The notes: generated by a model not told the origin, from the sequence alone. A DNA stretch of 64,000 bases from Dictyostelium discoideum (GCA_000004695.1 CM000151.3:7616001-7680000); one strand, 5' to 3'. Counted from the first letter of the stretch, positions 1-17,399 are shown. A program made the numbers and translations.

Positions 1-94
1 AACAACTACAACAACTACAACTACAACAACCTCAAATTCATCCGTTTCTCCTCAACCAACTCAAATAAATAAAACTGATAAATATTTACTTCCA

Positions 95-1080
95 ATGAGT
101 GCACCAAGAAGTTGTGAATTTTGTGGCTCATCACAAACCCCAACATGGAGAAGAGGTCCATCTGGCAAAGGTTCATTATGTAATGCCTGTGGTATTAAAT
201 GGAGATTAAAAGGTAAAGACGGTATTTTCAAGCCATCACAAAAACAACAAAATCGTCAAAAACCAATTATGTCTGCTCAAAAACAACCAAAACAACAACA
301 AAACCAACCACAACAACAACAACCACAACAACCACAACAACCTCAACAACCTCAACAACAAAATCAACAACAAAATCAACAACAATCTATTCAATCACAA
401 CCACAACAGAGACAAAATAACCATTTAATTTTAAATCAACAAACAATTAACCAACATCTTCAAATGTTAAGTAAACAACATCAACAACAAGCTTCCCAAT
501 CAATGTTCCAACAACAACAACTTCATAATAACCAACATAGTAATGATAGTAATTATAATTCTTATAACAATAACAATAATAATAACAATAACAATTACTC
601 ACAACATGAACAATTACCACCAATTTCTTCTTATAATTCAATGAATAATAATAATAATAGTAATAATAGTAATAATAACAATAACAATAATAATTATTCA
701 CAAATTCCACAATATGGTAGTGATGATAATGTATCAGTTCCAAATCAATCACCAGATTCTTATAAGCCATCTAAAAAAAGAAAGCCAGAATTTATCCATA
801 CCGACACCTCTGGCAATCCAATTGAATTTGAAAAAGGATACTATTGTAAATATTGTAAAAAAACTTGGCCTCAATCATCATTTAGAAATAGTCAACAATT
901 TGGTGCTCATTGTAGTAATTGCTCCAGAAAACCAAAAGGTGAACTTGAAGAATTAATCTCAATTAAAAAGAAACTCTCTAAAAAGAAATCAAAAGAAGGA
1001 AACTATTATCAAGAAGAAGATGGGGCTGTACCATATTGGGATATGAATAGATATAATAATAATAATAATAATAATAATGG

Positions 1081-1127
<47 letters not shown>

Positions 1128-1933
1128 GTAATAATAATGGTTCTTATAACAATAATAATAGTAATAATAACAATAACAATAATAGAATTGAACCTATTGT
1201 AAATAACAACATTAATAATTTTAATAGCATTAATAATAATAATAGTAATAATAATAATAATAATAATTCGACCTCTCAAAATGCTCCATTACTTCAAAGA
1301 TTAATTCATGTTGTTGAAAATCAATTATTAGAACCAAATGAATTAAGTTCAATAAGAGAAGATATTGATGTAAGTTTTTTTTTTTTTTTTTTATAATTCT
1401 ATTAAATAATTTTTTAATACTAATTTTTTATTTATTATTATTACTACTAGATAATGAAAAATGATTTAATTTTAAGAAAGAAAAAGAGAATTGCACAATT
1501 AAATGATTTAAAACAAAAAGCAAATAATGATGTTCAAATTTTGAAAGCAAATATTGAAAAAGGATCCAATCAACGTTCTAATGAGTCCAAGTCTTTCATC
1601 ACCGACTTAAAACAAGAAATCGATAAGAGACTCAATCAATACACCCATATATATATCCCACCTGACCATCACTTGGTACCATCTTCAACAAACTATCTAA
1701 GTATTGATAGTTTACAAAATTCTTCCTCTTCAAATAATTATGGAACCATCCATAATAGCAACAACAATAACAATAACAATAATAACAATAACAAAAGATC
1801 ACTTGTTAATTTATCCCCTGAACTTATTCATTCTCCATTAAAGAAACCAATGGTTGGTGGTTATCGTGATGAACAAGGAATGAAACATTTTTCAATTGAT
1901 GGTGATAATTTATCTTTACCATCAATTTCATAA
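95..1933 (+). CDS. GATA-type zinc finger protein, 2 exons: join(95..1369,1451..1933); 5' end probably partial
   Basis: [34 protein letters not shown] is a C-X2-C-X18-C-X2-C GATA finger. Exon 1 ends at a GTAAGT donor (1370) in phase 0. An 81-bp AT-rich intron ends at TAG (1448-1450). Exon 2 is in frame through the stop at 1933. The reading frame is open from position 2 to the ATG at 95 ([19 protein letters not shown]...), so the true start may lie left of the window. Confidence 0.6.
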
Positions 1934-2013
1934 TAAAATTTTAATAAATAAATAAAAAATTCATTTATATACATATAAAAATATATTTCTAAAAATAAAA
2001 CAAAACTAAAATT

Positions 2014-2059
<46 letters not shown>

Positions 2060-2078
2060 CTATACAATTTTTATTATT

Positions 2079-2510
2079 TTATTTTTTAAACTTTATTAAT
2101 TCTATATCTAAATGTGGAATTTCTATAATTTCAAATGCATTTTCAATGTTGTTATCATTATTATCGTTACTATTTTTTAAAACCATTGAAATGTCGGAAC
2201 TATTTAAATAATTACAACTGTTATTATTTTTACTGTTTGTTGTAATTATAGTTGAAGGTGATTGAGGAATTTTAATATCATTTATATTATATTTTTCTTT
2301 ATTTGATTTATTTTTTTGAATAATTGAACTAATCCTCTTTCTAAATAGAATACCTAAACATATAATTGTGAAAAAGATAGTTCCTGCTATTATTGGTACT
2401 GCAATTACAATTATATCTTTACTTGATTTATTTACGACTCTTCCAGAATAATATGCCACTAATTCAGCTTTACTATCAGTCATTAAACTAATTGTTGAAT
2501 TCGAATCCAT
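2079..2510 (-). CDS. Small single-pass membrane protein, 143 aa, hypothetical
   Basis: ATG-initiated ORF with one strong hydrophobic helix (VIAVPIIAGTIFFTIICLGILF) followed by RKR. The N-terminus is Ser-rich. No recognisable domain. Confidence 0.4.
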   Translation of the reverse strand: MDSNSTISLMTDSKAELVAYYSGRVVNKSSKDIIVIAVPIIAGTIFFTIICLGILFRKRISSIIQKNKSNKEKYNINDIKIPQSPSTIITTNSKNNNSCNYLNSSDISMVLKNSNDNNDNNIENAFEIIEIPHLDIELIKFKK

Positions 2511-2747
2511 TAATTTATATTTTTAGCTATATCCAACTGTTAAATATATATTGAATTATTATAAATAGAAAAATAAAATTATTTTACATATAAATAAAAA
2601 AAAATAAAAAATAACACACTTTTTTTTTATTTTATTTTATTTTTAATTTTATTTAATTTTAATTTAATTTTTATTTATTGTATATTTATTGTATTATTTA
2701 TTATTATTATTATTATTATAACAAAAATTGATTTTTTTTTTTTTTTT

Positions 2748-4976
2748 TTATAACCAATTTAAATCAAATTTATAATCATTATGATTTAATAATTCTTTTA
2801 ATAAATGATCAGATAATGTTTTATCATTTTTAATATTATTATTTAATAAATTTAAATGATGACCATTATAATAATATTTAATGATATGAATTTTTTGATC
2901 TTTAATTGCTTTTGTAATTGCAGATTTTGTAATTTTAAATTGAATTGGATGATAATAATGACAAAGTAAAAGGTCACACAATTTAATATCACCAACAATG
3001 AAAGCACTAAGAAACAAATTATCATCGGAATCCAAGTATTCAGCTTCTCCAGTTAATTTTTCTTTTTCTCTTTTTTTATCCAATTCTATTTTAAAATCAT
3101 CATAAATTGATTTTAAAAGTGATTGAGTTTCAGGTTGAATTAGAATTGCTCTACATTGTTTTTCTTTTTGGAAAGAAGTTTCAAAGTTAATATCATCGGC
3201 ATCCATATCATCATCAACATTTGATGCACCATAAGTATCTCTTTGAATTCTAAGTAATTTGATTAAAGCATCCTTACGAGTTTCAATATTCATAAATTTT
3301 TCATAATGATTTGAATTCTTTCTCTTTGATAAGAAATCGATTAAAACACTGAGGAATGCAATTGGAAAAGTTGTATCATTGAAAACATTTAAGTCATACT
3401 TGAATTTATTTGGGTATCTAACTTTATCAAAGTGATTGTTTAATATGAAGACAGCCTCTTGATAAAAACTATAATGAGTATCCAAAGCAAAACGTGGGAA
3501 TGAAAAGAATTGAATATCAAAATTTGCTAAAAGAAATGTTGAAATATCAAATCTGCTCCAATGTAATGATTTTGAGAATAAAGTATCTTCAAATTGAATG
3601 ACATGAAAATTATATTCTAAAAACTTTTGAATAAGTTCTAAATCTGTAATGACCATGAATATTAAATCCAATACCTTTTCAGAGTAATCAAATGAATTTA
3701 TGATTGTTAATGGTTTGAATATACAATGGTCATATTGTATTGTATTTCTTTCACAAAATGGTAGGTATGGTTTTGGAAATTCTCTACCACCACTAAATAA
3801 TTGACTTGTTGGTAATATCGTTGTCATTGGTGAATTATAGGAATACTCTTGAATTGGGAATGGATCATTTGATTTCAATACATAATCCTCAGATGTTGTA
3901 TCCTTTAAATGAGATTGAATTATATCTAAATGTTTAAAGAAAAGATCCACTCTTCTAATATCTAAACAAAATGATAAATCTGCATTCTTTGAAAGTTGAT
4001 AAAAATTATGAACTATATTCTCCTTGAAACAAATATCATTTGATAATTGATCGAAAAGATTTTGAAGAATTTCATCAAATGATGCTGCTGTTGATGATGC
4101 TCCTCCACTACTACTACTTTCGCCACCCAATACATAATCAAATGTAAACATTTCATACTTTAAATGATCTCTAATATCAAAACATCTTTCAGTGAAATAT
4201 TCTCTTGTACTATTATAACGAGAATCCATTGTTACATCAAAGAATGTTTCAATACCTGGTCTTGATAAAATGTACTTTATAAATTTGGCTGATCTAATCT
4301 TTAGATAATAGAAAGCATGAAACAATGAATGTTTGATTGGTATTGAATTTAAACAAAGGAATTGATGAGCCATCCTAACTTGTTCAATTGTTATATATTT
4401 TGTTTGAATTATCATTTCAAAGAAATAATTTAAAATTACTATACATGATTCTGGTAATGATTTTATAGTACCACTGCTACCACCACTACCACTACCACCT
4501 TCTTTCTGATGATCATTATTTACCGTACATCTCCATTTATTTACAATTGTTTTAAATATTGACATTACGAAATCAAATACCAATATTTCATCATGATTAT
4601 GATAAAGATTCAAAGAACTATTGAATAAATTTCTTTCAACTGATTGAATTCTTGTGAAATCTTGTTCTTCAAATTCTATTGCCTCTAAATTATTAATTAA
4701 AAATTCTACCATCTTTAAATTTAATGTAATGATTGAAGCTGTTAACCAACTATTTAGATAAAATTTAAGTGGATTTAAATTTACAACCAAAGTACTACTA
4801 ATTTCTCTTGGTAAATGTTCAATAACTTTTTTTAAAAATGCATGCATGCCATGCTGAATGAATTTGAAATTTGTTTTATTAAGATATTCAATTAAAGCAA
4901 CTATTTTCTTTTCAAAAACATCTGAATCAAATTGATCATCAACAATATTTTGATTGGGTTGTTTTTGTTGTTGTTT

Positions 4977-5062
<86 letters not shown>

Positions 5063-7136
5063 GATCAATTTTAAAATCAAAACTACCATAACTATCAACA
5101 TTTATATTAATTGGTGATGATGGATTTTCAAGACAATTTTTTGTTAAAAAATCTTCAATCTCTTGAAGTCTTTCAACGTTACAAAACTCCATTTCTTTTA
5201 AATAAAATTTAACAAACCAATTTTTCTTACAAAAATAAGATAAACTCTTTTTATTATCTTCCATATCTAAATTTGTGAAAGCTTCAGTAATTGCATAATG
5301 CTTTAATTCAATTAAAGAGTATGAGACCATAGTGAATGATGTACAAACTGCTGTATTAATGACAATTGAATTTGTATTTTTAATCCAATCTATAATTGAT
5401 TTATGTGTGATATTAAAATTTTCCAATTGACCAGGAACACATTCTATCGCTTTAAATAATAATGGGCACCATCTATCATTGGAAGTTGATGATTTCATTT
5501 TCTTTAAATCCTCCAAGAAATACTTGTGTCTATTTGGCATTTTATGGGCTACAAACTCACCCATATACCTAAGGAGTGCTAAAAACTTTTTACAATCACT
5601 ATCGAGATTTGATGAATCGATTCTATCATATGGAAAGTCCCTATGAAATTCATCGATTGACTCTTCATAATGTAGAATATATTGTTTATAGAAAGTTTCT
5701 TGACGTGAATGAATTACAACTAACCTTCTTAACTCTTTTAATTTGGCAGATTGATCCAATTTTTCATTATTTATAATTTCATTATTAATCTTAATTTCTA
5801 ATGTTTCATAAAGTTTTGAATAAAAGTAATAATCTTTTTTGAATAGTGATAAATAAATTCTAAGGTAAACTAATAATTGGTTTAATGAGAATTCAAATTT
5901 GAATAAATCCATTTGGTAATGCTGACGGGCAATTGGTTTCACTACTTTTAAATCCATTAATTTACTCATTGTATCGATTGAGGTAATTGTTAAAAACTTT
6001 TCAAATTTTATATATGGATATTCTGTAACTCTTTCTCTTTCAATCTCTGATAATGTTTCATGATTTCCAAAATAATCATCATAATAACTATCCAATATAT
6101 CTCTATTATCTTCTTCATAATCGTCACCAAAAATATAATCATCATCATCATCATCATCATTATCATTTTCATTATCATCATTACCATAATTATGATAATC
6201 ACTATTTGAATCTGGTTTAATCTTTTTATTTTGATTTTTTGATAATTGATCAATTTGCTTTTGATGTTGTGGTGATGATGATGTTGGTGGTGGTGGTGGT
6301 GGTGTTGGTGTTGGTGTTGGTGGTGGTAATTTATAAAGTGATTCATCTAATATTAAATTAATCATTTCATTTTGATAATGAGTATTAATTGATGCTAAAA
6401 AAAATGCTTTCTTTTTTATATCCTCAGTTAATAATTGTTTATTATTATATGTTAATAATTGTTTTACTATTGAACAATCACAATTTTCAATTGCCCATTC
6501 TAAAGTTGATGGATAAACAATGGTTGAATATTGTTCACAAAGTAGTAATGAAAGAGTATCTAAACAATTGGTTTTAACGGCCAATTGTGTTAGATCACAA
6601 ATTTCAAATTCCAATCTTCTCTTCTCTAACAATAATTTGATAATATATTTTAATGTTTCAATCTCTTTTTCATTTTCAATCTCTTTTTCAATCTCTTTTC
6701 TTTTCTCTTCTTTTTCTTTTTCTTTTACTGCTTTAAGTGTTAATGTTTTGGTAGTTGAATTGGATGATGGTGTTGTTGTAAGTGGTGGTGGTGGTGGTGG
6801 TTGTTTTTTTAATTTTGGAATCGCTGAAAATAAAACTTTGATCGATATTGTATCAAATAAAATAAAATCACCAAATTTAATTTTATTAATTAATAATGGA
6901 TATTGTTTCTTTAAAATCATCCAATCCAATGAATAAACATCTTTAAATTTCCAACGATTTTGAACATTTATCTTTTTATAGGCATCGTAAACTACCCATT
7001 CTGTTGTATGAATATGATGAAATATTAATTTCAATAAATAAACGTTACCAAAAACTTTCCAAAATAATACTTCTTCACTTGAACTTTTATTTAATCTTTC
7101 ACAATTATAATTATTTATCATTTTTAAACTTAACAT
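2748..7136 (-). CDS. Large hypothetical protein, 1462 aa, with poly-Q, poly-P and acidic tracts
   Basis: One uninterrupted ORF starting at ATG 7136..7134 with an A-rich upstream context. It contains a 36-Q tract encoded by (TTG)n on the plus strand at about 4957..5065, PPPPPPP runs, and a D/E/N-rich block. I recognise no catalytic domain. Confidence 0.7.
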
Positions 7137-7163
7137 TTTTAAATGTTTAGTTTTTATTATTAT

Positions 7164-7215
<52 letters not shown>

Positions 7216-7882
7216 TATTTTTTTTTTTATTTATTATTTTTTTTTTTTTATTTTTTATTTTTTTTAATTTTTTTAATTTTTTTAATTTTTTTAATTTTAT
7301 TATTTATTTATTTATTTATTTTTTAACTATTACACAATAGAAAAAAAAAAAAAAAAATAAAAAATAAAATAAAAAAAGAAATTAAAAAGAAATTAAAAAT
7401 TAAAAAAATAAAAAAAATAAAAAAAATAAAAGAAAATTTAAAAAAAAAATTAATTTTTTGATTTTTTTCTCATTAAAAAAAAGTTTCCAAATTTTTAAAG
7501 GAAAACCAAAAAATCTAGATTTTGTGGGACTTAAAAATAATTGAATCGATTATTGGTTATTTATTTTTAGGTTAATCAAATTTACATTTTTATTCCTAAA
7601 ATAAAGTTTTTTTTTTTTTTTTATTATTTTTTTTTTTAAAAAAATTTGTGAAAATAATAAAAAAAAAAACATATTTTGTTGATGATTATGTGTTAAATAA
7701 GATTGATTTTTTTTTATTTTTTTATGATAAATAATTAAATTCTAAAGATTAAAAAAAAAAAATCATTTTTTTATAAATAAAATTAAATCATTATTTAATC
7801 GAATATGAAATCAATAAATTATTTTAATTAACAAAAAAAGGTATGGTTTTTTATTATTATTATTTTATTATTTGTAATTTTA

Positions 7883-10465
<2,583 letters not shown>

Positions 10466-11360
10466 TTTAAATAATAATAATAATAGTGAAAGTGTATAAA
10501 ACGATTAATGAAAAAAGAAAATAAAAAAATAAAAAAAAAATTAAAAATGAAAAAAAAAAAAAAATAAAAAAAAAAAAAAATAAAAAAAAAATTTAAAAAT
10601 AATATTTTTGATAAATTTAAAAAAACGAACTATGTTAGGGGATCGAGTTTGTTGTAATATTTAACTTCAGTTTTTTTTCTTTAAATAGATAAAAAAAAAT
10701 TTTAAAAAAATTAAAAATAATTAAAAATAGTAAATAATTTAAGTCTTTATTATTTTTTTTTTCAATTAATTTTCTCATATTAATTAAAAAATAGGGATAT
10801 GTTTTTTTTTTTTTATTTTTATTTTTTTTATTTTTATTCAAAAATAGTAAAATAAATATGAACAAAAATTCAAATTACTAACAAAACTATTTTTAGCTAG
10901 AAGGAGTAAGATTGGGAAACTTTATATCTTAAAAAATTTTAAATTTAAATAAATAAAAATAATTAATTTTTTTTTTATTTTAAAGAAGTTGAAGAATGTT
11001 TGAGAATGAAGATTTTTTTAAAGGTTTTTTTTGTTTTCCCACCAATAACGTTATTTTTTTTCCCAGTTTTTTATAATTTGAAATTAAAATAAAAAAAAAA
11101 AAAATAATTAAAATTAATTACCATCCTAATAAAATTTGTAAAAAAGACAATCCTTTTTTTGATTTTTGGAAATTTAAAAATCAAAAAATCTGAAATTCCG
11201 AAAAAAAAAAAAAAAAAAAAACTTTACCTGGGTGGGTAACGATTTTTTTTTTTTTTTTAATTTAAAAAAAAAGTATAAAAGGATTTTTTTTTTTTTTAAT
11301 TGTATTATTAACGTTACCAACAAAACTAAAAACAAACAAACAAATAAATATATAAATATA

Positions 11361-11361
<1 letters not shown>

Positions 11362-11451
<90 letters not shown>

Positions 11452-11452
11452 A
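11362..11452. repeat. (TAAA)n microsatellite, about 22 units
   Basis: Perfect aaat/taaa tandem array directly upstream of the ATG at 11453. Confidence 0.95.
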
Positions 11453-11827
11453 ATGAATCAACAAGAATTAATTGAAGAAATAAATAAAATTGAAAGTTGT
11501 TCATTAGTGTTTGAAAGATTTTTTGGTTATTTACCAAACGATATTAAAGAAAGAAAACAATATATTCTCAAATTTAATAAAACTTTAAAAGATGAAAAAA
11601 GAAAATTAAAATGTAAAAAGACATTTAAAGGTGAAAAAAAAAATAAAAAACAAACCTTTTTAAAACATCACCAATCTGATGACCATTCAGAAAACAAGGT
11701 TTATAAAAGTAAAAAATTAGAAAAGAAAATTCAACAACTAAATAAAAAAAAACAACTCATTGATACAAAAATTAACTTTTTAAAAGAAATCAAAGAATCC
11801 AATAAAATTAATAAATCTAAAATATGA
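11453..11827 (+). CDS. Small Lys-rich hypothetical protein, 124 aa, predicted coiled coil
   Basis: ATG ORF of moderate complexity (MNQQELIEEINKIESCSLVFERFFGYLPNDIKERKQYILKF...). No similarity recognised. It could be spurious, given the K/N bias of AT-rich DNA. Confidence 0.35.
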   Translation: MNQQELIEEINKIESCSLVFERFFGYLPNDIKERKQYILKFNKTLKDEKRKLKCKKTFKGEKKNKKQTFLKHHQSDDHSENKVYKSKKLEKKIQQLNKKKQLIDTKINFLKEIKESNKINKSKI

Positions 11828-11912
11828 TAAAATAAATAAAACTCTATATTTTAATTTTGTTATTTAATTTTTTTAATTTTATTATTTTATTTATTTTTTT
11901 ATTTTTGATTAT

Positions 11913-14900
11913 TTAATTAACATATAAAGAAGAAGTGAAAACGATATCTCTTTTAATTAATCTCATTGCTTCTTCCATTTTTTGAAGTAATTTAGTATCA
12001 CCGATTACTCTAGCAGCATTTCTAACTTCTTGACAAGTTTCACCGATTCTAGTGATAGCACGAACGATTGAACCTTCTAAAACATTTGTGAGTGTACAAA
12101 TATCATTGAAAGGTGTACCTCTAGCCCATTCGTACACAACTTGCATAAGACCAAATTTAAGAGTTGTTTCTAATTTATCATCAGGTACAACATCTAAACC
12201 TTTATCAGATTCTACTTTATAAGTTTTTTCAGCAGTTTTGATAAGATTTTGTTTTGCTTCTTCTAAACGTGGTGTAAGTGAAGGTTGAACAGCATCCTTT
12301 TCTTGGAATATTAAACAAGATAAAACCGATACAACTTCTGAAGGTTCTAAATTGATGAAAGCATTTTCAAAGATTAATTCAGTGATAACTAAATCCTCGC
12401 AAGTGTTAATCTCTCTTGAAACACGTCCTTTCAAAGTGACAGTATTCTCATCATCAATATAACCCAACTCGTGTAAAATATCTAATCTGATATTAAATTG
12501 TGGCATTAATTTCAAATTTTCATCGGATGCTGTGTATTTAGCATCACGAATTGCGTATTGTAATTGATAACGTTTTTCAGTTTGTTCATAATGGTCATGT
12601 AATCTTGGACATTTATGGCATTTACTCTCTGGTATTAATTTTTCAATCGATTGTAAATGATCATAGGTTGAGACGAAATCAACATCTTTCAATTTCAATT
12701 GTTTAATTGGGTCAATTGATTTTGGACCTAATGGTAATGGATACTCTTCAATTAATCTCAATAATTGTTGCTCTAATGAGTTTATTAAAATTTCACTTTC
12801 ACCACCACTTTCAGCACCTGCTAAAATTGATTTCAAATCACTTTGTTTCAATTGTAATTTTTCATTACAAACTTTCATAATTTCTTTACCACCTGATGAT
12901 GTAATAATTTCATTACCAACACAAAGTACAATATCATTTTCAATCTTTAATTTTAAAGAGAAAATCTTAAATACTCTATCAACTTTTGTATTTGTATATT
13001 GCTTTATCAAAGTTGATTTACATTCTAAAATTAAACCAATTGTATATTTTTCATTTTCAAATATTTCATCATCATCATTATTATCATCATCATCATCATC
13101 ATCATCATTGACTTCTTTTTCAATATTTGATGATGTTGATAAAACTACAACTCTACCAATACTTAAATGATTATCATTTGGTAAATTTAAAATTATATTT
13201 TGAATTTGTTGATTATATTTCTTTGCTTGTGAGAATAGTTTATAATAATGATCAATATCAGGTTCACCCAAGATACAATCGACTTGAGCCAATTGTTTTT
13301 GTTGTTGTTGTAACTTTTCAATTTGTTTTTCAATACCTGGTAATTCTTTTTGAGATGAAAATTCTGAAAATGATCGTTTAATCATATCTTCAACTTTGAA
13401 ATCTGGTACTCTAAGTAAATTTAAAATCATATTATAAGTTAGACGGAATTGACTGTTTAATCTTGACGGAGTGCCGAGTATCATTGATTCGATTGTAGCT
13501 TGTTCTGGTATGTCTTTCCAATAGGTGATGATTACAGTACCAACTTTATCCAAACCTCTTCTACCTGCTCTACCAGACATTTGAGTATACTCACCTGGTA
13601 TTAAATCTCTGAAAGTGATACCATCATGTTTTCTAGTACTACTATAAACCACGGTTTTAGCAGGCATATTCACACCCATTGCAAATGTTTCTGTTGCAAA
13701 TAAAACCTTGACTAAACTCTTTGAGAATAAAATCTCAACCAATTCCTTCACGATTGGTAATAAACCACCATGATGAACACCAATACCACGTTCTAATAAT
13801 TCTTTCATTTGTAAGATTTGTGGTAAACTTTTATCATCTTCACAGAGTCTACCTAATGATTGTTCAATGAAAACTCTAATTTGACTCTTTTCATTACCTT
13901 GAGTTAAATTAACCGATTGTCCTAAACTACCAGCATACTCTTGACATTTATTCTTACTAAATGAAAATATAATAACTGGTAATTGTTGTTTATCTTTTAA
14001 TGTATTAATTAATTTTGACCAACCACTTATATTATTACCACTACCACCTCTTTGTTGTTGTTGTTGATTATGACCACCTCTACCACCACCTCCACCACCT
14101 TTATTATTATCTGTTTTATATAATGAATTATATGCAGAATTATAACCTGATGGTAAAAAATTTCTATTTGAATCTACAATTTTAAATAATTCATTTGAAG
14201 GTGTATGAATATAATGTTCTAATGGAATAGGACGTTTAGTTGTACCAATTACATAGATTGGTAATTGTTTAGTTCTACCAATCCATTGTGCAAATTCTAA
14301 TGGATTTGAAACTGTTGCTGATAAGAACACCATTTTCACATATGGTGGTAACATAATGATAACCTCCTCCCAAACCACACCCCTTTCTAAATCATTTAAA
14401 TAATGAACCTCATCGAAAATCACCCATTCAATATCTCTAATTAAATCAGCACCTTTATATAACATTGATCTTAAAATCTCTGTAGTCAATACTAAACAAC
14501 TACTCGAGGGTGAAATTGATACGTCACCAGTGATCAAACCAACATCGTTGAATGTATTTTTAAAATCTCTAAACTTTTGATTTGATAATGCTTTAATTGG
14601 CGACGTATAGATTGCTCTCGTCATATTCTTTGCAGCCATCGCAATTGCATATTCAGCAATCACAGTCTTACCAGCTGATGTATGTGCTGTAATAAACACA
14701 GACTCCCCTTGCTCCATATGAACGATAGCTTGTTTTTGAAATGAATCCAAATCAAATGGATACTCTATAGCTGGATTGGTTATTAAATCTGATAATGGTG
14801 AAGTTATCTCTTTCTGTTCCAAAAATGCCCACTGTTTCTCTTTTTTACTCTCTTCTTCTTTTCTCTTTGTTTCTTCTTCAATTTCAATTTCAATTTTATT

Positions 14901-15188
14901 TTTATCTTTTAATGTTGTTGACGATGATGATGATGAAGTTGATAATGATGATGAGGTTGGTTGAGGCGGTGATTTAATAATATCATCAATTTCTTCCTTT
15001 GTTTTTTCAATATCATCCAATTCATCCAATTCCTCTTCTTCAATATCTAAATCATCTTCTTGATCATCATCTTCATAAACTTCAGCTTCCTCAGCTTCTT
15101 CTCTCTTTCTTTCTTCTTCAATTTCTCTTTCTAAATCTTTTAATGTATATCTTAAATTAACTTCTTCTTCTTCTTCTTTTTCCTTTTC

Positions 15189-15251
<63 letters not shown>

Positions 15252-16171
15252 GTTATCTTGTTTATTAATATTTTCATTAAAATCTAAAATACCATTATCT
15301 AAACCAGGTGGTTTAACTAATAATGATTTTGAATGCCAAAATTGTACCCAATCAATTGGTGTTTGATTATTATTATTAGTACTATTAGTACTATTGTTAT
15401 TAGGTGATTTTATACCGCCAGGTAAAAATGGTAAATTTGAAGTATTACCACGATGAAAATTATCTTTTGATATTGAATTACTCCATGGTCTATCTAATGA
15501 AGTTGAATTTGAAGAAGTTTTTTCAGTATTTAAGAAAACTTCATGATAGTTTGTAATTGAAATTGAATATTGAATCTTATCAATAACCAATTCAACTGTT
15601 GAACATGGAATTGATAATGTACGCTCTGCAAGTAATTTAAAATCCCAACTATCAGTATCAATATTTCTTGGCCATATTAAATATGATTGTCTCTTTTGTT
15701 CATCATCATCATTCAATTTATGACTTTCAATTGAAAAATCTAAATATTCTCTTCTTATATCTGATAATATTTCTTCTTTATCTGAAAAATTAAATAATTG
15801 GATACACTTTTTTTTAAAAAAAAAAATAAAAAAAAATAAAAAAATTAAAAAAATAAAAAAATTAAAAAAATAAAAAAAATAAAAAATTAGTTTATTTATA
15901 TAATAAATAATAATAAAAATAATCTTACATTATTTGGAATGGTTGGTGAAATTATTGATGATTGAGGAGCAATTGGTGTAATTTCAGGTTGAGCTGATAA
16001 ACCTGTAGGATTTACATACCAATTTGGTAAATCAAAGGATTCTACATTTGTGTTATTACTATTATTTTTAATACTACTATTTGATTTATTTACTGGTGTA
16101 GTGTTTGTTGATGTTATATTTTCTAAATTATTTAATTCTTCTAAAAATGAATCAATGTTTAATTCTATCAT
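11913..16171 (-). CDS. Ski2-type DExH RNA helicase (SKIV2L/Ski2 orthologue, cytoplasmic exosome cofactor): join(16171..15929,15806..11913)
   Basis: Helicase core is near-identical to yeast Ski2 and human SKIV2L ([41 protein letters not shown]..., IYTSPIKALSNQKFRDF, DEVHYLND, FATETFAMGVNMPA). The Ski2-specific Gly/Arg-rich insert GGGGGGRGGHNQQQQQRGGSG is present, as are LPFLPGG and the C-terminal DSHCT region (VYEWARG...RDIVFTSSLYVN). N-terminal exon 1 runs from ATG 16171 to a GTAAGA donor after 15929. A phase-0 acceptor (aaaaaaaaag|TGT) at 15807/15806 gives a 122-bp AT-rich intron. The 11913..15716 'ORF start' in the track is a TTG, not an ATG. Confidence 0.8.
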
Positions 16172-16221
16172 TTTTAAATAAATAAATAAAAAACTTGATG
16201 AATTAAAATTGAAGAGTGAAG

Positions 16222-16256
<35 letters not shown>

Positions 16257-16257
16257 G

Positions 16258-16298
<41 letters not shown>

Positions 16299-16372
16299 GG
16301 ATTTAAAGGGGATATTTTATTTATTTATTTATTTATTGGATATTTACAGCTGTTGACCAAAATTAAATGGAA

Positions 16373-17095
<723 letters not shown>

Positions 17096-17366
17096 CTTTA
17101 AAATTATAATTTAATAATTGGAGAATAAAAATAAAAATAATAAAATAAAATAAAATAAAAAAATAAAAAATTAAAATAAAAAATAAAAAATTTTAAAAAA
17201 ATTAATATGTTTTTAAGAAGAAAAAAAATAATAATAAAATAATAAAATATAATTTTTAAATATTTATAAAAAAAATAAATAAATAATAAATTAATATTCT
17301 ACTTTACATTTTTTTTATAAAAGAATAAAAATAAAAAGTAAAAATAATTATTTTTATTAAATATGG

Positions 17367-17399
<33 letters not shown>

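Noticed and set aside
447-1279. ORFs 447..770(-), 714..956(+), 989..1279(-) overlapping the GATA gene
   Set aside because: Alternative-frame or antisense translations of (AAT)n/(CAA)n coding low-complexity sequence, giving poly-I/poly-Y/poly-V products. No independent start or splice logic.
4901-6936. ORFs 4901..5101(-), 4932..5117(+), 5576..5776(+), 6008..6346(-), 6389..6936(+) inside or antisense to the 1462-aa gene
   Set aside because: Poly-N/poly-L/poly-H/poly-M translations of the poly-Q, poly-P and acidic tracts, or short antisense frames. All are nested in a long, well-supported ORF.
7143-7340. ORF 7143..7340 (poly-F)
   Set aside because: Pure poly(T) intergenic DNA.
10635-11537. ORFs 10635..10865(-), 11174..11464(-), 11262..11537(-)
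   Set aside because: Translations of poly(A) and (TAAA)n repeat, giving FIYLFIYL... products.
13127-14977. ORFs 13127..13381(+), 14776..14964(+), 14795..14977(+)
   Set aside because: Antisense to Ski2 coding sequence. Low complexity.
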